Assembly: GCA_963782055.1 (NCBI GenBank)
Contig: CAWAIF010000003.1
Span: 6,368,001-6,432,000 of the forward strand
Length of the DNA: 64,000 nucleotides
Source of the DNA: an uncultured delta proteobacterium
Lineage (GTDB): Bacteria > Myxococcota_A > Polyangia > Polyangiales > Polyangiaceae
Direction of reading: 5' to 3'
In this document: in pieces, positions 1 through 9,078 of the stretch
Position numbering within the stretch: position 1 is the stretch's first letter
Layout: every line of letters starts with the position of its first letter
Translations under genes and position numbers: made by a program
Notes under the pieces: model-generated
Seen by the model: the letters and a program-made list of their open reading frames with translations, nothing else
Databases searched by the model: none
What the model was told of the DNA's origin: nothing

Positions 1-555
1 GGCGCCGGCGTCGGGGTAGTCGTTCGGGCACATGGTGAGGCCCGTCTGGCAGGTGAGCTGGCACTTGCCCGAGACGCACTCCTCGCCGTCGCCGCACACC
101 GTGCCGCAGGCGCCGCAGTTGGCGCGGTCCACGTCCGTCGACACGCACGCGCCGTTGCAGTCGGTCGTCCCGCCGCCGCACGAGGGCCCGCACTTGCCTG
201 CGGAGCAGACCTCCCCCGGGTTGCACGTGTGGCCGCAGAGCCCGCAGTTCTGCGGATCGCTCTCCTGGTCGACGCACACCGCGTTGCACAGCGAGGTGCC
301 GGTGCCGCACGCGTACTTGCAGCTCCCCTTGGAGCAGACCTCGTCCGGCTTGCACGCCTTGCCGCACGCCCCGCAGTTCTGCGGATCGCGGTCGAGCGCG
401 GTGCACGTGTCGCCGCAGTACGCGCTCCCGGCGCCGCACGACGGCCCGGCGTCGCTCTCCGGGGGTGAGGTGTCGGTCACCTTGCCGGTGGCGCAACCCA
501 CCGCGACGGCCGCGATCACCCCGGCGAAGACGAGGGCTTGGCGCAGATGCATCAT
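1..555 (-). CDS. Cys-rich repeat lipoprotein, runs off the window edge (3' end missing)
   Basis: ATG at 555 overlaps the TGA of the upstream gene. Reads MMHLRQALVFAGVIAAVAVGC (lipobox), then repeats such as DRDPQNCGACGKAC, DQESDPQNCGLCGHTC and DVDRANCGACGTVC. No stop before position 1. Confidence 0.85.
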   Translation of the reverse strand, partial: MMHLRQALVFAGVIAAVAVGCATGKVTDTSPPESDAGPSCGAGSAYCGDTCTALDRDPQNCGACGKACKPDEVCSKGSCKYACGTGTSLCNAVCVDQESDPQNCGLCGHTCNPGEVCSAGKCGPSCGGGTTDCNGACVSTDVDRANCGACGTVCGDGEECVSGKCQLTCQTGLTMCPNDYPDAGA

Positions 556-1241
556 CAGATCCCCCCGTCCGCGGCGACGCACGTACCGAAAGAGCACTTG
601 GGCGTGCTCCCGTTGCAGGCGGTGCCGCACCCGCCGCAGTTGAACGGATCGAAGTCGATGTCGGTGCACTCGTTCGGGCCGAGGAAGGCCGCGTCGGCGC
701 CGGCGTCGGACGGGTAGACGCCGGCGTCGGGTGTCGGGCAGAGCGTGAGCCCCTGCTGGCACTGGAGCGCGCACGCGCTCTGCACGCAGTCCTCGCCCAC
801 CTCGCACGCCGTGCCGCAGCCGCCGCAGTTGAAGCGATCGCTCTGCGTGTCGAAGCAGCCGGCGTCGCCGCACATGGTGGTGTCGCCCCCGCAGGTGAAG
901 CCGCAGGCGCCCGCGGAGCAGTACTCGCCCGCCGGGCACGCGGCGCCGCAGCCGCCGCAGTTCTTGGAGTCCACCTTGATGTCGGTGCAGGTGTCGCCGC
1001 ACTTGGTGGCGCCGCCCAGGCACGTCAGCCCGCACTGCCCCTGCGAGCAGACCTGCCCGTCCGGGCACGCCGTGCCGCACGCGCCGCAGTTCTGCGGATC
1101 GCGGTCGACGATCACGCACGAGCCGCCGCAGTCGGTGGAGCCTGCGGGGCAGGTGAAGGGCGTGGCGTCGGGCGTCGAGGTGTTGTCTCCACCCGAGCTG
1201 CACGCCACCAGAAGGAAGGCGAGGGCGTACATACCGCGCAT
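555..1241 (-). CDS. Cys-rich repeat lipoprotein (myxobacterial DxxNCGxCG repeat)
   Basis: Lipobox LVAC and four D-x2-NCGxCGxxC units; GC3-rich codon usage. Confidence 0.9.
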   Translation of the reverse strand: MRGMYALAFLLVACSSGGDNTSTPDATPFTCPAGSTDCGGSCVIVDRDPQNCGACGTACPDGQVCSQGQCGLTCLGGATKCGDTCTDIKVDSKNCGGCGAACPAGEYCSAGACGFTCGGDTTMCGDAGCFDTQSDRFNCGGCGTACEVGEDCVQSACALQCQQGLTLCPTPDAGVYPSDAGADAAFLGPNECTDIDFDPFNCGGCGTACNGSTPKCSFGTCVAADGGI

Positions 1242-1318
1242 CCGGTCATTGTCTCGCGGCCAGCCGGCGCGGTCAACGGCGCCCCGAGCCTACATCGGCC
1301 CCGGGGGTGCGCCGCCCC

Positions 1319-2905
1319 TCACCTTCGCCAGCTCTGGAGCTCCGCCTCGAACCCGCCCATGTCCACGGCGAAGCCGCGCGCCTTGCGGAAGCCCGCCTTG
1401 GCGAGCACGGCGTCGGTCTTCTTCGGCCGCGGGGTGATCCACACGAAGCGGCCCCCCCGCCGGAGCGCCGCCGCCAGGTTCTCCAGGAAGGGCAACAGCA
1501 GCGCGTCCAGATTGGTTGCGCTCTGCACGCGCCTGCCCATCGGCGGGTTGGTCAGGACCAGGTTCACCCCCGCCGGCGCGAAGGTTCGCGCGTCGGCCCG
1601 CATGAGCGTCACGCCTCGCACGCCGGCACGCGCCAGGTTCTTGCGCGCGGCGTCCAGCGCGCGCTCGTCCAGGTCGGTCCCGATCATCCGCGTGAAGGCC
1701 CCGAGCCGCGCGCGCTCCGCGAGCTCCAGCCCGGAGCCGACGAAGGGGTCCCACACCACGTCCGCCGGCCGCGCCTCCCCCAGCCGGGCGATGGCCGCCG
1801 CGAAGCTCGGGTGCGAGGCGGCGGGCACGTCGGCGGCGCGGTAGGCGAAGCGCGCGTCCCCCACCCCGCGCGGCTCCGCCTCGATGTGCAGCCGCCCCTC
1901 GCGCGGGTCCACGGTGATCTCCCACGCGCTGCCGCGCGGGTCGTTGACCCAGCCGGTGCCCGCCTGCGCGACGCGCTCCGCCACGCGCCACGTCAGCGCC
2001 CGGCGGTGCCCCTGCCCCGCCCACGCCAGCCGGAAGCGCACGCCCTCCGGCGCGAGCGGCCGCAGGATGGGCGCCGCCCCGGCGAGCGCCTCCGCCACCG
2101 TCTCGGCGACGTCGGCGGAGGGGTCGAGCGGCGCGTCGCAGAGAGGGATGGCAACGTGAGAGAAGAGACGCGACGACTCCAGCGACGCGAGCGGCCCGCC
2201 GAGCAGCACCCGCACCGCCGAGGGTGACTCGATGACCGGGTGCATCGCCGCCACCTCCTCGGCGAGCAGGGGCGCCAGCCCGGCCCGGCAGCGCAGCACC
2301 ACCGAGATGGGCCGCGACGGCCCCCGCGTCGCGTCGATCGTCGCGCGCGACGCCGGGCGCGCGCCGGTGCGCTCCAGCATCAGCCGCGCGCGGTCGCGCG
2401 CCTGCCGCAGCATCGCGTCGTCCGTCTTCAGCCGCATGAGCATCGCGAGCGAGGTGGGGCCGCCCACCTTCCCGAGGGCCTCGACCGCCGCGCGCAGGAC
2501 GGGCAGGTCCGTCTCGCCCTCCAGCCGCCCGAGCAGCGCCGCCTCGATGCGCGAATCTTGCAGACACGCCCGGCCGAGGGCCCGCGCCGCCTCCTTGCGC
2601 GTGCGGGCGTCGGCGTCGCGCAGCGCCCCGAGCAGCGCCTCGCACACCGCCGGGCCGTGCGGCCCCGCCTCCTTCGCCGCCGCCTTGCCGACGAGCGTCA
2701 CCAGCCGCCGCCTGAGCTCCGGCGTGGCTCCTTCCAGGCCGGCGAGGGCGGCCCCGATCACGTCGTCCTGGCTCCGCAGCAGGGCCTGCTCGGCCTCCTT
2801 GCCCGCCTCCCCGTCGGCGAGCAGGGCGAGCAGGGGCCGCGTTTCCCGCCTCCCCGGCGTGAATCCCTTCGAGCGGACCTTGTCGCGCAGCGCGTCTTCG
2901 CTCAT
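1319..2905 (-). CDS. HEAT-repeat-fused SAM-dependent methyltransferase (RlmL/Trm11-like)
   Basis: HEAT-like repeats (DADARTRKEAARALG, LRAAVEALGKVG). C-terminal motifs WDPFVGSG, GTDLD and LTNPPMG. ATG at 2905. Confidence 0.8.
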   Translation of the reverse strand: MSEDALRDKVRSKGFTPGRRETRPLLALLADGEAGKEAEQALLRSQDDVIGAALAGLEGATPELRRRLVTLVGKAAAKEAGPHGPAVCEALLGALRDADARTRKEAARALGRACLQDSRIEAALLGRLEGETDLPVLRAAVEALGKVGGPTSLAMLMRLKTDDAMLRQARDRARLMLERTGARPASRATIDATRGPSRPISVVLRCRAGLAPLLAEEVAAMHPVIESPSAVRVLLGGPLASLESSRLFSHVAIPLCDAPLDPSADVAETVAEALAGAAPILRPLAPEGVRFRLAWAGQGHRRALTWRVAERVAQAGTGWVNDPRGSAWEITVDPREGRLHIEAEPRGVGDARFAYRAADVPAASHPSFAAAIARLGEARPADVVWDPFVGSGLELAERARLGAFTRMIGTDLDERALDAARKNLARAGVRGVTLMRADARTFAPAGVNLVLTNPPMGRRVQSATNLDALLLPFLENLAAALRRGGRFVWITPRPKKTDAVLAKAGFRKARGFAVDMGGFEAELQSWRR

Positions 2906-3047
2906 GGGATGTAACCAGCCGGCGTCCTCGTGCGTAGCCCAGGCAGGTGCCACCGTGAAACAAAGAAACGACCCGGAGCCCCACGTGACCGACCTAGACC
3001 CGGCCCCGCCGCGCCACCCGGACGAAGACCTCATCCTTCGCCCCAGG

Positions 3048-3731
3048 ATGTCCAGCCGCCGCACCTTCGTCCGCGCGGTCACCGCGGGCACCGTCCTCGC
3101 CGCGCTGGGCGGCGGCCTGTACATAGTGCTGCCCGACGCCGAGACGCGCCGCGCCCGCCGGATGAAGCTCGCCGACGGCCGGCCGCGCCTGCCGCCCAAC
3201 CAGTACCTCCTCCAGCGCCTCAAGCCGATGGGCGGGCGCGAGGGCGATCCCAGCCCCGGCGCCTGGCGCCTGAAGGTCCACGGGGAGGTGGAGCACCCCT
3301 TCGAGATCGACTTCGCCGGCCTGCTCAAGCTGCCGCAGGTCCACCAGACGTGCGACGTGCACTGCGTGACCAAGTGGAGCCTCTTCGACAGCCACTGGCA
3401 GGGCGTGCGCGTGAGCGAGCTCGCCAGGAAGGCCAAGGTGAAGCCGAGCGCCCACTACGTCATCTTCGAGGCCGCGCACGGCTACACCTCCAACATCTCC
3501 CTGCACGACGCGCTGAGGCCCGACGTGCTCGTCGCCCACCGCTACGAGGGCAACGCCCTGCCCACCGCCCACGGCGCGCCGGCGCGCGCGCTGGTGCCGG
3601 AGCGCTACTTCTGGAAGAGCGCCAAGTGGCTCACCGGGATCTACTTCAGCGCGGTGGACCAGCCGGGCTACTGGGAGACGCGCGGCTACAACAACCACGC
3701 CGACCCCTGGAAGGAAGAGAGATACTCGTGA
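3048..3731 (+). CDS. Tat-exported molybdopterin-dependent oxidoreductase (sulfite oxidase/MsrP/YuiH-like)
   Basis: Twin-Arg signal SRRTFVR. Motifs DVHCVTKWS (Mo-ligand Cys), HGAPARALVP, YFWKSAKW, GYWETRGY. Alternative GTG start at 2985. Confidence 0.9.
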   Translation: MSSRRTFVRAVTAGTVLAALGGGLYIVLPDAETRRARRMKLADGRPRLPPNQYLLQRLKPMGGREGDPSPGAWRLKVHGEVEHPFEIDFAGLLKLPQVHQTCDVHCVTKWSLFDSHWQGVRVSELARKAKVKPSAHYVIFEAAHGYTSNISLHDALRPDVLVAHRYEGNALPTAHGAPARALVPERYFWKSAKWLTGIYFSAVDQPGYWETRGYNNHADPWKEERYS

Positions 3732-4315
3732 CCGCCGCCGCGCGCCCCACCGGCCGCCGCAACAAGTTCCTGCTCCGTCCGTGGGTGCGCGCGCTGCACC
3801 GCGACCTCGGCTACACCGCCGTCGGCCTCACCTTCGTCTACGCCCTCTCCGGGCTGGCGGTGAACCACATCCCCGACTGGGACCCCAACTTCCAGAACCT
3901 GAACCTCTCCCACGATCTCGGCCCGATCACCGGGGACGATGACGCGGCGACGGCCACGGTGCTCGCCAAGCTGGGCATCCACCAGACGCCGAAGGAGTCC
4001 TACCGGGAGGGCGACGAGCTGGAGATCCTGCTCGAGCACCGCACCCTGCACGTGACCACGGCCACCGGCCATGTCGTCGACGAGCAGCAGAAGCCGCGCT
4101 TCTTCCTGCGCGCCGCCAACTACCTGCACCTGAACCGCGGCAAGAAGTCGTGGCGCAACTTCGCCGACGCCTACGCCATCGGCCTGCTGCTGCTCGCCAC
4201 CTCCGGCCTCTTCATGATCCCCGGGCGCAGGGGGCTCCTCGGGCGCGGCGCGGTGTTCCTGGCGATCGGCATCGCCATCCCGGTCGGCTACCTCATGGTC
4301 TTTGGCGGGCCGTGA
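3728..4315 (+). CDS. PepSY-associated TM helix protein
   Basis: GTG overlaps the upstream TGA. Motifs RALHRDLGY, YALSGLAVNH and YLHLNRG; about 3 TM segments. Confidence 0.8.
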   Translation: MTAAARPTGRRNKFLLRPWVRALHRDLGYTAVGLTFVYALSGLAVNHIPDWDPNFQNLNLSHDLGPITGDDDAATATVLAKLGIHQTPKESYREGDELEILLEHRTLHVTTATGHVVDEQQKPRFFLRAANYLHLNRGKKSWRNFADAYAIGLLLLATSGLFMIPGRRGLLGRGAVFLAIGIAIPVGYLMVFGGP

Positions 4316-5843
4316 CCGCCGGCGCGTGGGGGGCGCTCGTCGGCCGCGGGGCGTCGCGCGCAGTCTCCGCGGCTCCCTGCCGGGCCGTCGCGTAGCGCTT
4401 CACGTCGAAGCGCCGCGTGCGCAGGCGAAACTCCCAGGTGAAGCCGGGCCACGCCGTCGTGTTCTTGCCGGAGCGCGTGAGATACCAGCTCACGCACCCG
4501 CCGGTGTTCCACACCGTGCGCTCCAGGCGCTTCTGGATCGCCTCGTTGTAGCGGGCCTGCGTCTCCGGCAAGACGTCCACCCACTTGAGACGCTCGCGGC
4601 GCATCGTCCGCACGGCGTCCAGGATGTACTGCACCTGCGACTCGATCATCAGGATCATCGAGGAGTGGCCGAGGCCGGTGTTGGGCCCCTCGATGAGGAA
4701 GAAGTTGGGGAAGCCGCTCACCGTCGTGCCCTTGTAGGCCTGGATGCCGCCGGTCTGCTTCCACGCGGTGTCCAGGTCCATGCCGCCCGTACCGACGAGC
4801 TCGTAGGGAGAGTGGAGCTCCGCCGCCTCGAAGCCCGTCGCGTAGACGATGACGTCCACCGGGCGCTCCTTGCCGTCGCGCGTGACGATGCCGCGCGGGG
4901 TGATCTCCGCGATGGCGTCGGTCACCAGCTCCACGTTCTTCTGGCAGAGCGCGGGGTAGTAGTCGTCGGCGAACAGGACGCGCTTGCACCCGAGCCGGAA
5001 GTCGGGCGTCAGCTTGGCGCGGAGCGCCGGGTCCGCCACGCTCTTGTCCAGGAAGCGGCGCGAGCGAAGCTCCCGGATGGCGTTGAGGCGCGGCTCGACG
5101 ACGTAGCCGACGGCCATCGCCTCCATGATGGAGTAGATGAGGCCGCGCGCGAGCTTCTGCAGCGCGGGGTGCTTGCGAAAGAGCGCCTGCTCCTTCTCCG
5201 GGATGGGCCGGTCCGGCTTGGACGCGACCCACGCGGCGGTGCGCTGGTAGACGTGCATGCGCCCCACCTTCTCGGCGAGGCGCGGGATGATCTGGATGGC
5301 GCTCGCGCCGGTGCCGATGACGGCGACCGTCTTGCCTTCCAGCGCGTAGGAGTGGTCCCAGCGGGAGGAGTGGAAGGTCTTGCCGGCGAAGGTCTCGCGG
5401 CCGGGAATGTCGGGGTAGACCGGCTTGCTCAGCGCGTGACCCGCGCCGGAGACGAGCGCGCGGCCGGTGAGCGTCTGCCCGTCGGCGGTCTTCACCGTCC
5501 AGAGGCCGGAGTCCTCGTCGAAGCGGGCGCTCGTCAGCTCGGAGTGGAAGCGGATGTGCTCGCGCACGGCGTACTTGTCGGCGCAGTGCTCCAGGTACGC
5601 GAGGATCTCCCTCTGCGGCGCGAAGAAGCGCGTCCAGCGGGGGCTCTGCTCGAAGGAGTAGGAGTACAGGTACGAGGGGACGTCGCACGCGATGCCGGGG
5701 TAGGTGTTGTCTCGCCAGGTCCCGCCGACCTGGCCGGCGCGCTCCAAAATCACGAAATCGTCGATCCCCTCCTGCTTCAGACGGATGCCCATGCAGAGGC
5801 CCGCGAAGCCGCTGCCGACGATGAGGATGGTGTCCGTACCCAT
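4293..5843 (-). CDS. Baeyer-Villiger-type flavin monooxygenase
   Basis: Two Rossmann motifs (GSGFAG, GTGASA), GGTWRDNTYPG, BVMO fingerprint FAGKTFHSSRW, and ATGF. Confidence 0.95.
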   Translation of the reverse strand: MGTDTILIVGSGFAGLCMGIRLKQEGIDDFVILERAGQVGGTWRDNTYPGIACDVPSYLYSYSFEQSPRWTRFFAPQREILAYLEHCADKYAVREHIRFHSELTSARFDEDSGLWTVKTADGQTLTGRALVSGAGHALSKPVYPDIPGRETFAGKTFHSSRWDHSYALEGKTVAVIGTGASAIQIIPRLAEKVGRMHVYQRTAAWVASKPDRPIPEKEQALFRKHPALQKLARGLIYSIMEAMAVGYVVEPRLNAIRELRSRRFLDKSVADPALRAKLTPDFRLGCKRVLFADDYYPALCQKNVELVTDAIAEITPRGIVTRDGKERPVDVIVYATGFEAAELHSPYELVGTGGMDLDTAWKQTGGIQAYKGTTVSGFPNFFLIEGPNTGLGHSSMILMIESQVQYILDAVRTMRRERLKWVDVLPETQARYNEAIQKRLERTVWNTGGCVSWYLTRSGKNTTAWPGFTWEFRLRTRRFDVKRYATARQGAAETARDAPRPTSAPHAPAVTARQRP

Positions 5844-5852
5844 GGGTGACCC

Positions 5853-5885
5853 GAAGCTTGAGTCGCTATTGACCGGAAGTCAATA
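5853..5885 (-). promoter_or_regulatory. Putative sigma70-type promoter of the BVMO gene with an overlapping 7-5-7 palindromic operator
   Basis: Perfect inverted repeat TATTGAC-CGGAA-GTCAATA at 5867-5885. The minus strand reads TTGACT-17 nt-CAAGCT, ending 11 nt before the ATG. Confidence 0.6.
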
Positions 5886-5974
5886 ACGGCGAGTGGCCGA
5901 CGAGACGCAACACAGGCGGGCCACGCGGCGTGACGCCACGAGGGCGGCACCACCCGTCATGCTACGGTTCGCTG

Positions 5975-6256
5975 GTGCGTGACGCGCTCGTGTCCCCGGT
6001 GCCGCTCGCGCTCGCGGGCTGTGGAAGCCCGCCCACGACCACCGCCGGAGCGCCGCCCGCCGGGGACTCGGTCCGGTACCTGGTCAACGCCGGCACCGAC
6101 GCGGCGGAGGTCGACACCATCCTCGCCCTGAAAGAACCCGCGCGCGACGACGAAGCGGCACCCCGCCGGCGTCCGCCGACCTCGAGGAGCTCTTCGCCGG
6201 GGGGCGCGCATCCAGGTGAACCAGTCGCGCGGCGTGACACCGCCCTGAGAGCATGA
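5975..6256 (+). pseudogene. Possible degraded lipoprotein gene remnant
   Basis: LALAGC lipobox-like segment and coding-like codons through YLVNAGTD...DDEAAP, then loss of codon bias. The signal peptide is short. Confidence 0.3.
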
Positions 6257-6840
6257 CTCGCCCGGCGCCTGCTCCCCGTCCCCAAATCGCACGGGGCAGC
6301 GAGGGCGTGACGGTCGTCGTCACGCGCCGCGTGAAGGCGGGGCGCGAGACAGACTACGAGGCGTGGCTCGCGAGGCTCCTCGAGAAGGTCGCGACGATGC
6401 CGGGCTACCTGGGCGTCAGCGTGCGGCGCCCCGCCGACGGCGGGCCCCGCGAGTACACCAGCGTGTACCGCTTCGCGGACGTGGACAGCCTGCGCGCGTT
6501 CGAGGACAGCACCGAGCGGCGCGAGGCGCTCGGCGAGGTCGGCGACTACGTCGAGTCGGACGCGACGTGGCGCAAGCTGACGGGCCTCGAGCTCTGGTTC
6601 ACCGCCCCACCCGGCACGGTCACGCCCGAGCCGTCGCGCTTCCGCATGACGCTGGTGATGATCGTGGTGGTGTACGCCTTCGTCCTCGTGCTCGGGCCGC
6701 TGGTGGCGCTGGTCATGCCCGGCGCGCGCTTCGAGCTGCGGCTCTTCGTGGCCATCGCGATCGAGGTGACGCTGATGACCTACGTGCTCATGCCGCGCCT
6801 CACGCGGTGGCTCGCGCGCTGGATCTACCCCGGAAGGTGA
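6253..6840 (+). CDS. ABM-like (antibiotic biosynthesis monooxygenase) domain membrane protein
   Basis: Motifs RVKAGRETDYEAW, PGYLG, VYRFAD and TGLELWF, followed by two TM helices. Confidence 0.85.
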   Translation: MTRPAPAPRPQIARGSEGVTVVVTRRVKAGRETDYEAWLARLLEKVATMPGYLGVSVRRPADGGPREYTSVYRFADVDSLRAFEDSTERREALGEVGDYVESDATWRKLTGLELWFTAPPGTVTPEPSRFRMTLVMIVVVYAFVLVLGPLVALVMPGARFELRLFVAIAIEVTLMTYVLMPRLTRWLARWIYPGR

Positions 6841-7039
6841 AGGCGCCGTGGCTCGGGTGCTTCTCCCGGGGTCCCGCCGACCTGCCCGGCGGAGCGCCCC
6901 GTTCACCCGTGATGCCGTGGCCAGCCTGGACGCGCACCTGGGCGCAGGGCTCGATGGTGAGCGTCGCGCCCTGCGCGACGCTCGGCGATCGAGAACGGGA
7001 CGCCCTTCACCAACCCCCACGCGCGCTGCGTGCGCTGAC

Positions 7040-8362
7040 TCAGAGCAGGCAGCCGGTCGCCCACTTGAGGGCGTTGGTCGTCAGCTTCACCGTGTTGGTG
7101 TCGTTCACCCAGGTGGTGTTGCTGCTGTAGTTGGCCGCGTGGGTGACGTAGACGAGGCGCCCGCCGGGGCTGTCGCGCACCACCACGCCCGCGCCGCCGC
7201 AGAGGCTGTTGGTCGCGATCTGCGTGCCGTTGTTCATGATGGTGCCGATGGAGCAGCCCATGCTCGACGTCGTCGTGAACGCCGTGTTCAGCCCCGTCCA
7301 GATCGGGTGGTTCTGCTGCGTGAGGGTGAAGGTGATCGTGCCGGTGCTGCCGCTCGTGTACTGGTACAGGTTCAGGCTCTTCAGCGTGGCCCAGCGGCCG
7401 TTGTACGGGTGGTAGCCGCCCCAGTCGGTGATGACGACGCCCGTGCCGTTCGCCTGCGCGTTGACGATGGCCTGCTGCCCGGCGAGCGGCATGTCGGTCG
7501 AGTAGTCGTCGCCGACCATGATCATGACGACCTGGAAGCTGCTCGCCGCCGGCGTGCCGGCGTAGTTGATCGCGCCGTCGTCGACGGCCTGCGCGGTGAG
7601 CCCGGCGTTGTTGGCCGCGGTGACGAAGGCCGCGGTCGTCGCCGTGTGGCTGTCGCTCAGGATCAGCACCGAGGTGTTGCACGCGGTGCACGTGCCGTTG
7701 ACGCAGTACGGCGTGTTGCCGGAGCAGGTGGTGCCGCACGTCTTGCAGTTGTTCGCGTCGTTCAGGGTGTTGGTGCAGGTGCCGTTGCAGTTGGTCTCGC
7801 CCGCCCCGCAGCACTTGCCCGCCGAGCAGACCTCGCCGTTCTGCGTGTCGCACGCGGTGTTGCAGTCGCCGCAGTGATCGGGGTCGGTCTGCGCGTCGAC
7901 GCACGCGCCGTTGCAGGCGAGCAGCTTGCCGCAGTCGAGCACGCACCCGCTGTTGACGCACGACCAGGTGCCGCTCACGCCGCCGTCCACCCCGGCGTCG
8001 TCGCCGGCGGTGCAGTCGGTGGCGCAGCTCCCGCAGTGCTTCACGTCCTTGGTGGTGTCGACGCACTCCGAGCCGCAGGTCTGGGCGTTGATGCCGCACT
8101 GGCAGTTGCCGAGCACGCACGTCGCCCCGGAGGAGCAGGCGTTGCCGCACTTGCCGCAGTTGGCGCTGTCCTTCTTCAGGTCGACGCACTGGTCGCCGCA
8201 GGTCGCGTTGCACGACGCCTCCGCCTCGCCGCCGCCGCCGTCGTCGGTCACGCCGCCGTCGCCGCCCTGGGGGTTGTCCTGGGCGACGAGGCCGGTGGCG
8301 CACGCCGCCGCAGCCACCATCAACCCTGAGGCAAGAAAGCTCGTCCAGCCGAAAGCACGCAT
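7040..8362 (-). CDS. Cys-rich repeat lipoprotein with a C-terminal alpha/beta domain
   Basis: Lipobox AAAC and four DxxN/HCxxC repeats. The C-terminal domain is shared with 42703-43986. Confidence 0.9.
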   Translation of the reverse strand: MRAFGWTSFLASGLMVAAAACATGLVAQDNPQGGDGGVTDDGGGGEAEASCNATCGDQCVDLKKDSANCGKCGNACSSGATCVLGNCQCGINAQTCGSECVDTTKDVKHCGSCATDCTAGDDAGVDGGVSGTWSCVNSGCVLDCGKLLACNGACVDAQTDPDHCGDCNTACDTQNGEVCSAGKCCGAGETNCNGTCTNTLNDANNCKTCGTTCSGNTPYCVNGTCTACNTSVLILSDSHTATTAAFVTAANNAGLTAQAVDDGAINYAGTPAASSFQVVMIMVGDDYSTDMPLAGQQAIVNAQANGTGVVITDWGGYHPYNGRWATLKSLNLYQYTSGSTGTITFTLTQQNHPIWTGLNTAFTTTSSMGCSIGTIMNNGTQIATNSLCGGAGVVVRDSPGGRLVYVTHAANYSSNTTWVNDTNTVKLTTNALKWATGCLL

Positions 8363-8450
8363 TGGGCCATGATACGGCAAATTCGCGACAATCTTCCCCC
8401 TCGCGGCGGCCGGCGAGCCCGCGTGGCCAGGGCGTGTAGACTACCGGTCG

Positions 8451-9035
8451 GTGCACCACCTCGATCTGGCCATTTTTCGGGCGATCTACGCGGGGCCGGG
8501 GGCCCACGGGGCGCTGTTCATCCTGATGGTCGGGCTGACCATCGTCGGGAGCGGCTGGACGATGCTCCCTCTCCTCGGACTGGTCGCCCTGCCCCGCACG
8601 CGCCGCTTCGCCGCCTGGCTGATCGGCGCGCTGCTGGTGACGGCGCTCGCGGTGGTGGCCCTCAAGGCGGGCTTCGGGCGGGTGCGGCCGTGCGGGTGCG
8701 TGCCCGGCGTGGCGTGCCTGTTCGGGCACGCGCCGACCGATCCCTCCTTTCCGAGCGGCCACGCGGCGGGCGCCTTCACCCTCGCGGCGTTCGTCATCGC
8801 GCGGTGGCGCGGGTACACGGCGCACCCCGTGGCCTGGCGGGTGCTCGGGACGATCGGTCTGGTGGCGGCGGCCGCGGGGATCGCGCTCTCGCGCGTGTAC
8901 CTCGGGGTTCACTTCCCGGGCGACGTGGCGGCGGGCGCGGCGGTCGGCACGACGATCGGGACGCTGGTCGCGGGCGCCTCGGTCCGGCGGGGCGCGACGA
9001 CCCCCGCGTCCACGACCTCCGACATGGCGTCCTAG
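8451..9035 (+). CDS. PAP2-family membrane phosphatase (undecaprenyl-diphosphatase-like)
   Basis: The three PAP2 motifs are present: KAGFGRVRP, SFPSGH and SRVYLGVHFPGD. Confidence 0.92.
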   Translation: MHHLDLAIFRAIYAGPGAHGALFILMVGLTIVGSGWTMLPLLGLVALPRTRRFAAWLIGALLVTALAVVALKAGFGRVRPCGCVPGVACLFGHAPTDPSFPSGHAAGAFTLAAFVIARWRGYTAHPVAWRVLGTIGLVAAAAGIALSRVYLGVHFPGDVAAGAAVGTTIGTLVAGASVRRGATTPASTTSDMAS

Positions 9036-9078
9036 TGCGTTTGCGGCTAGTATTCATTTGAACGAAGCGCCAGCGGAC

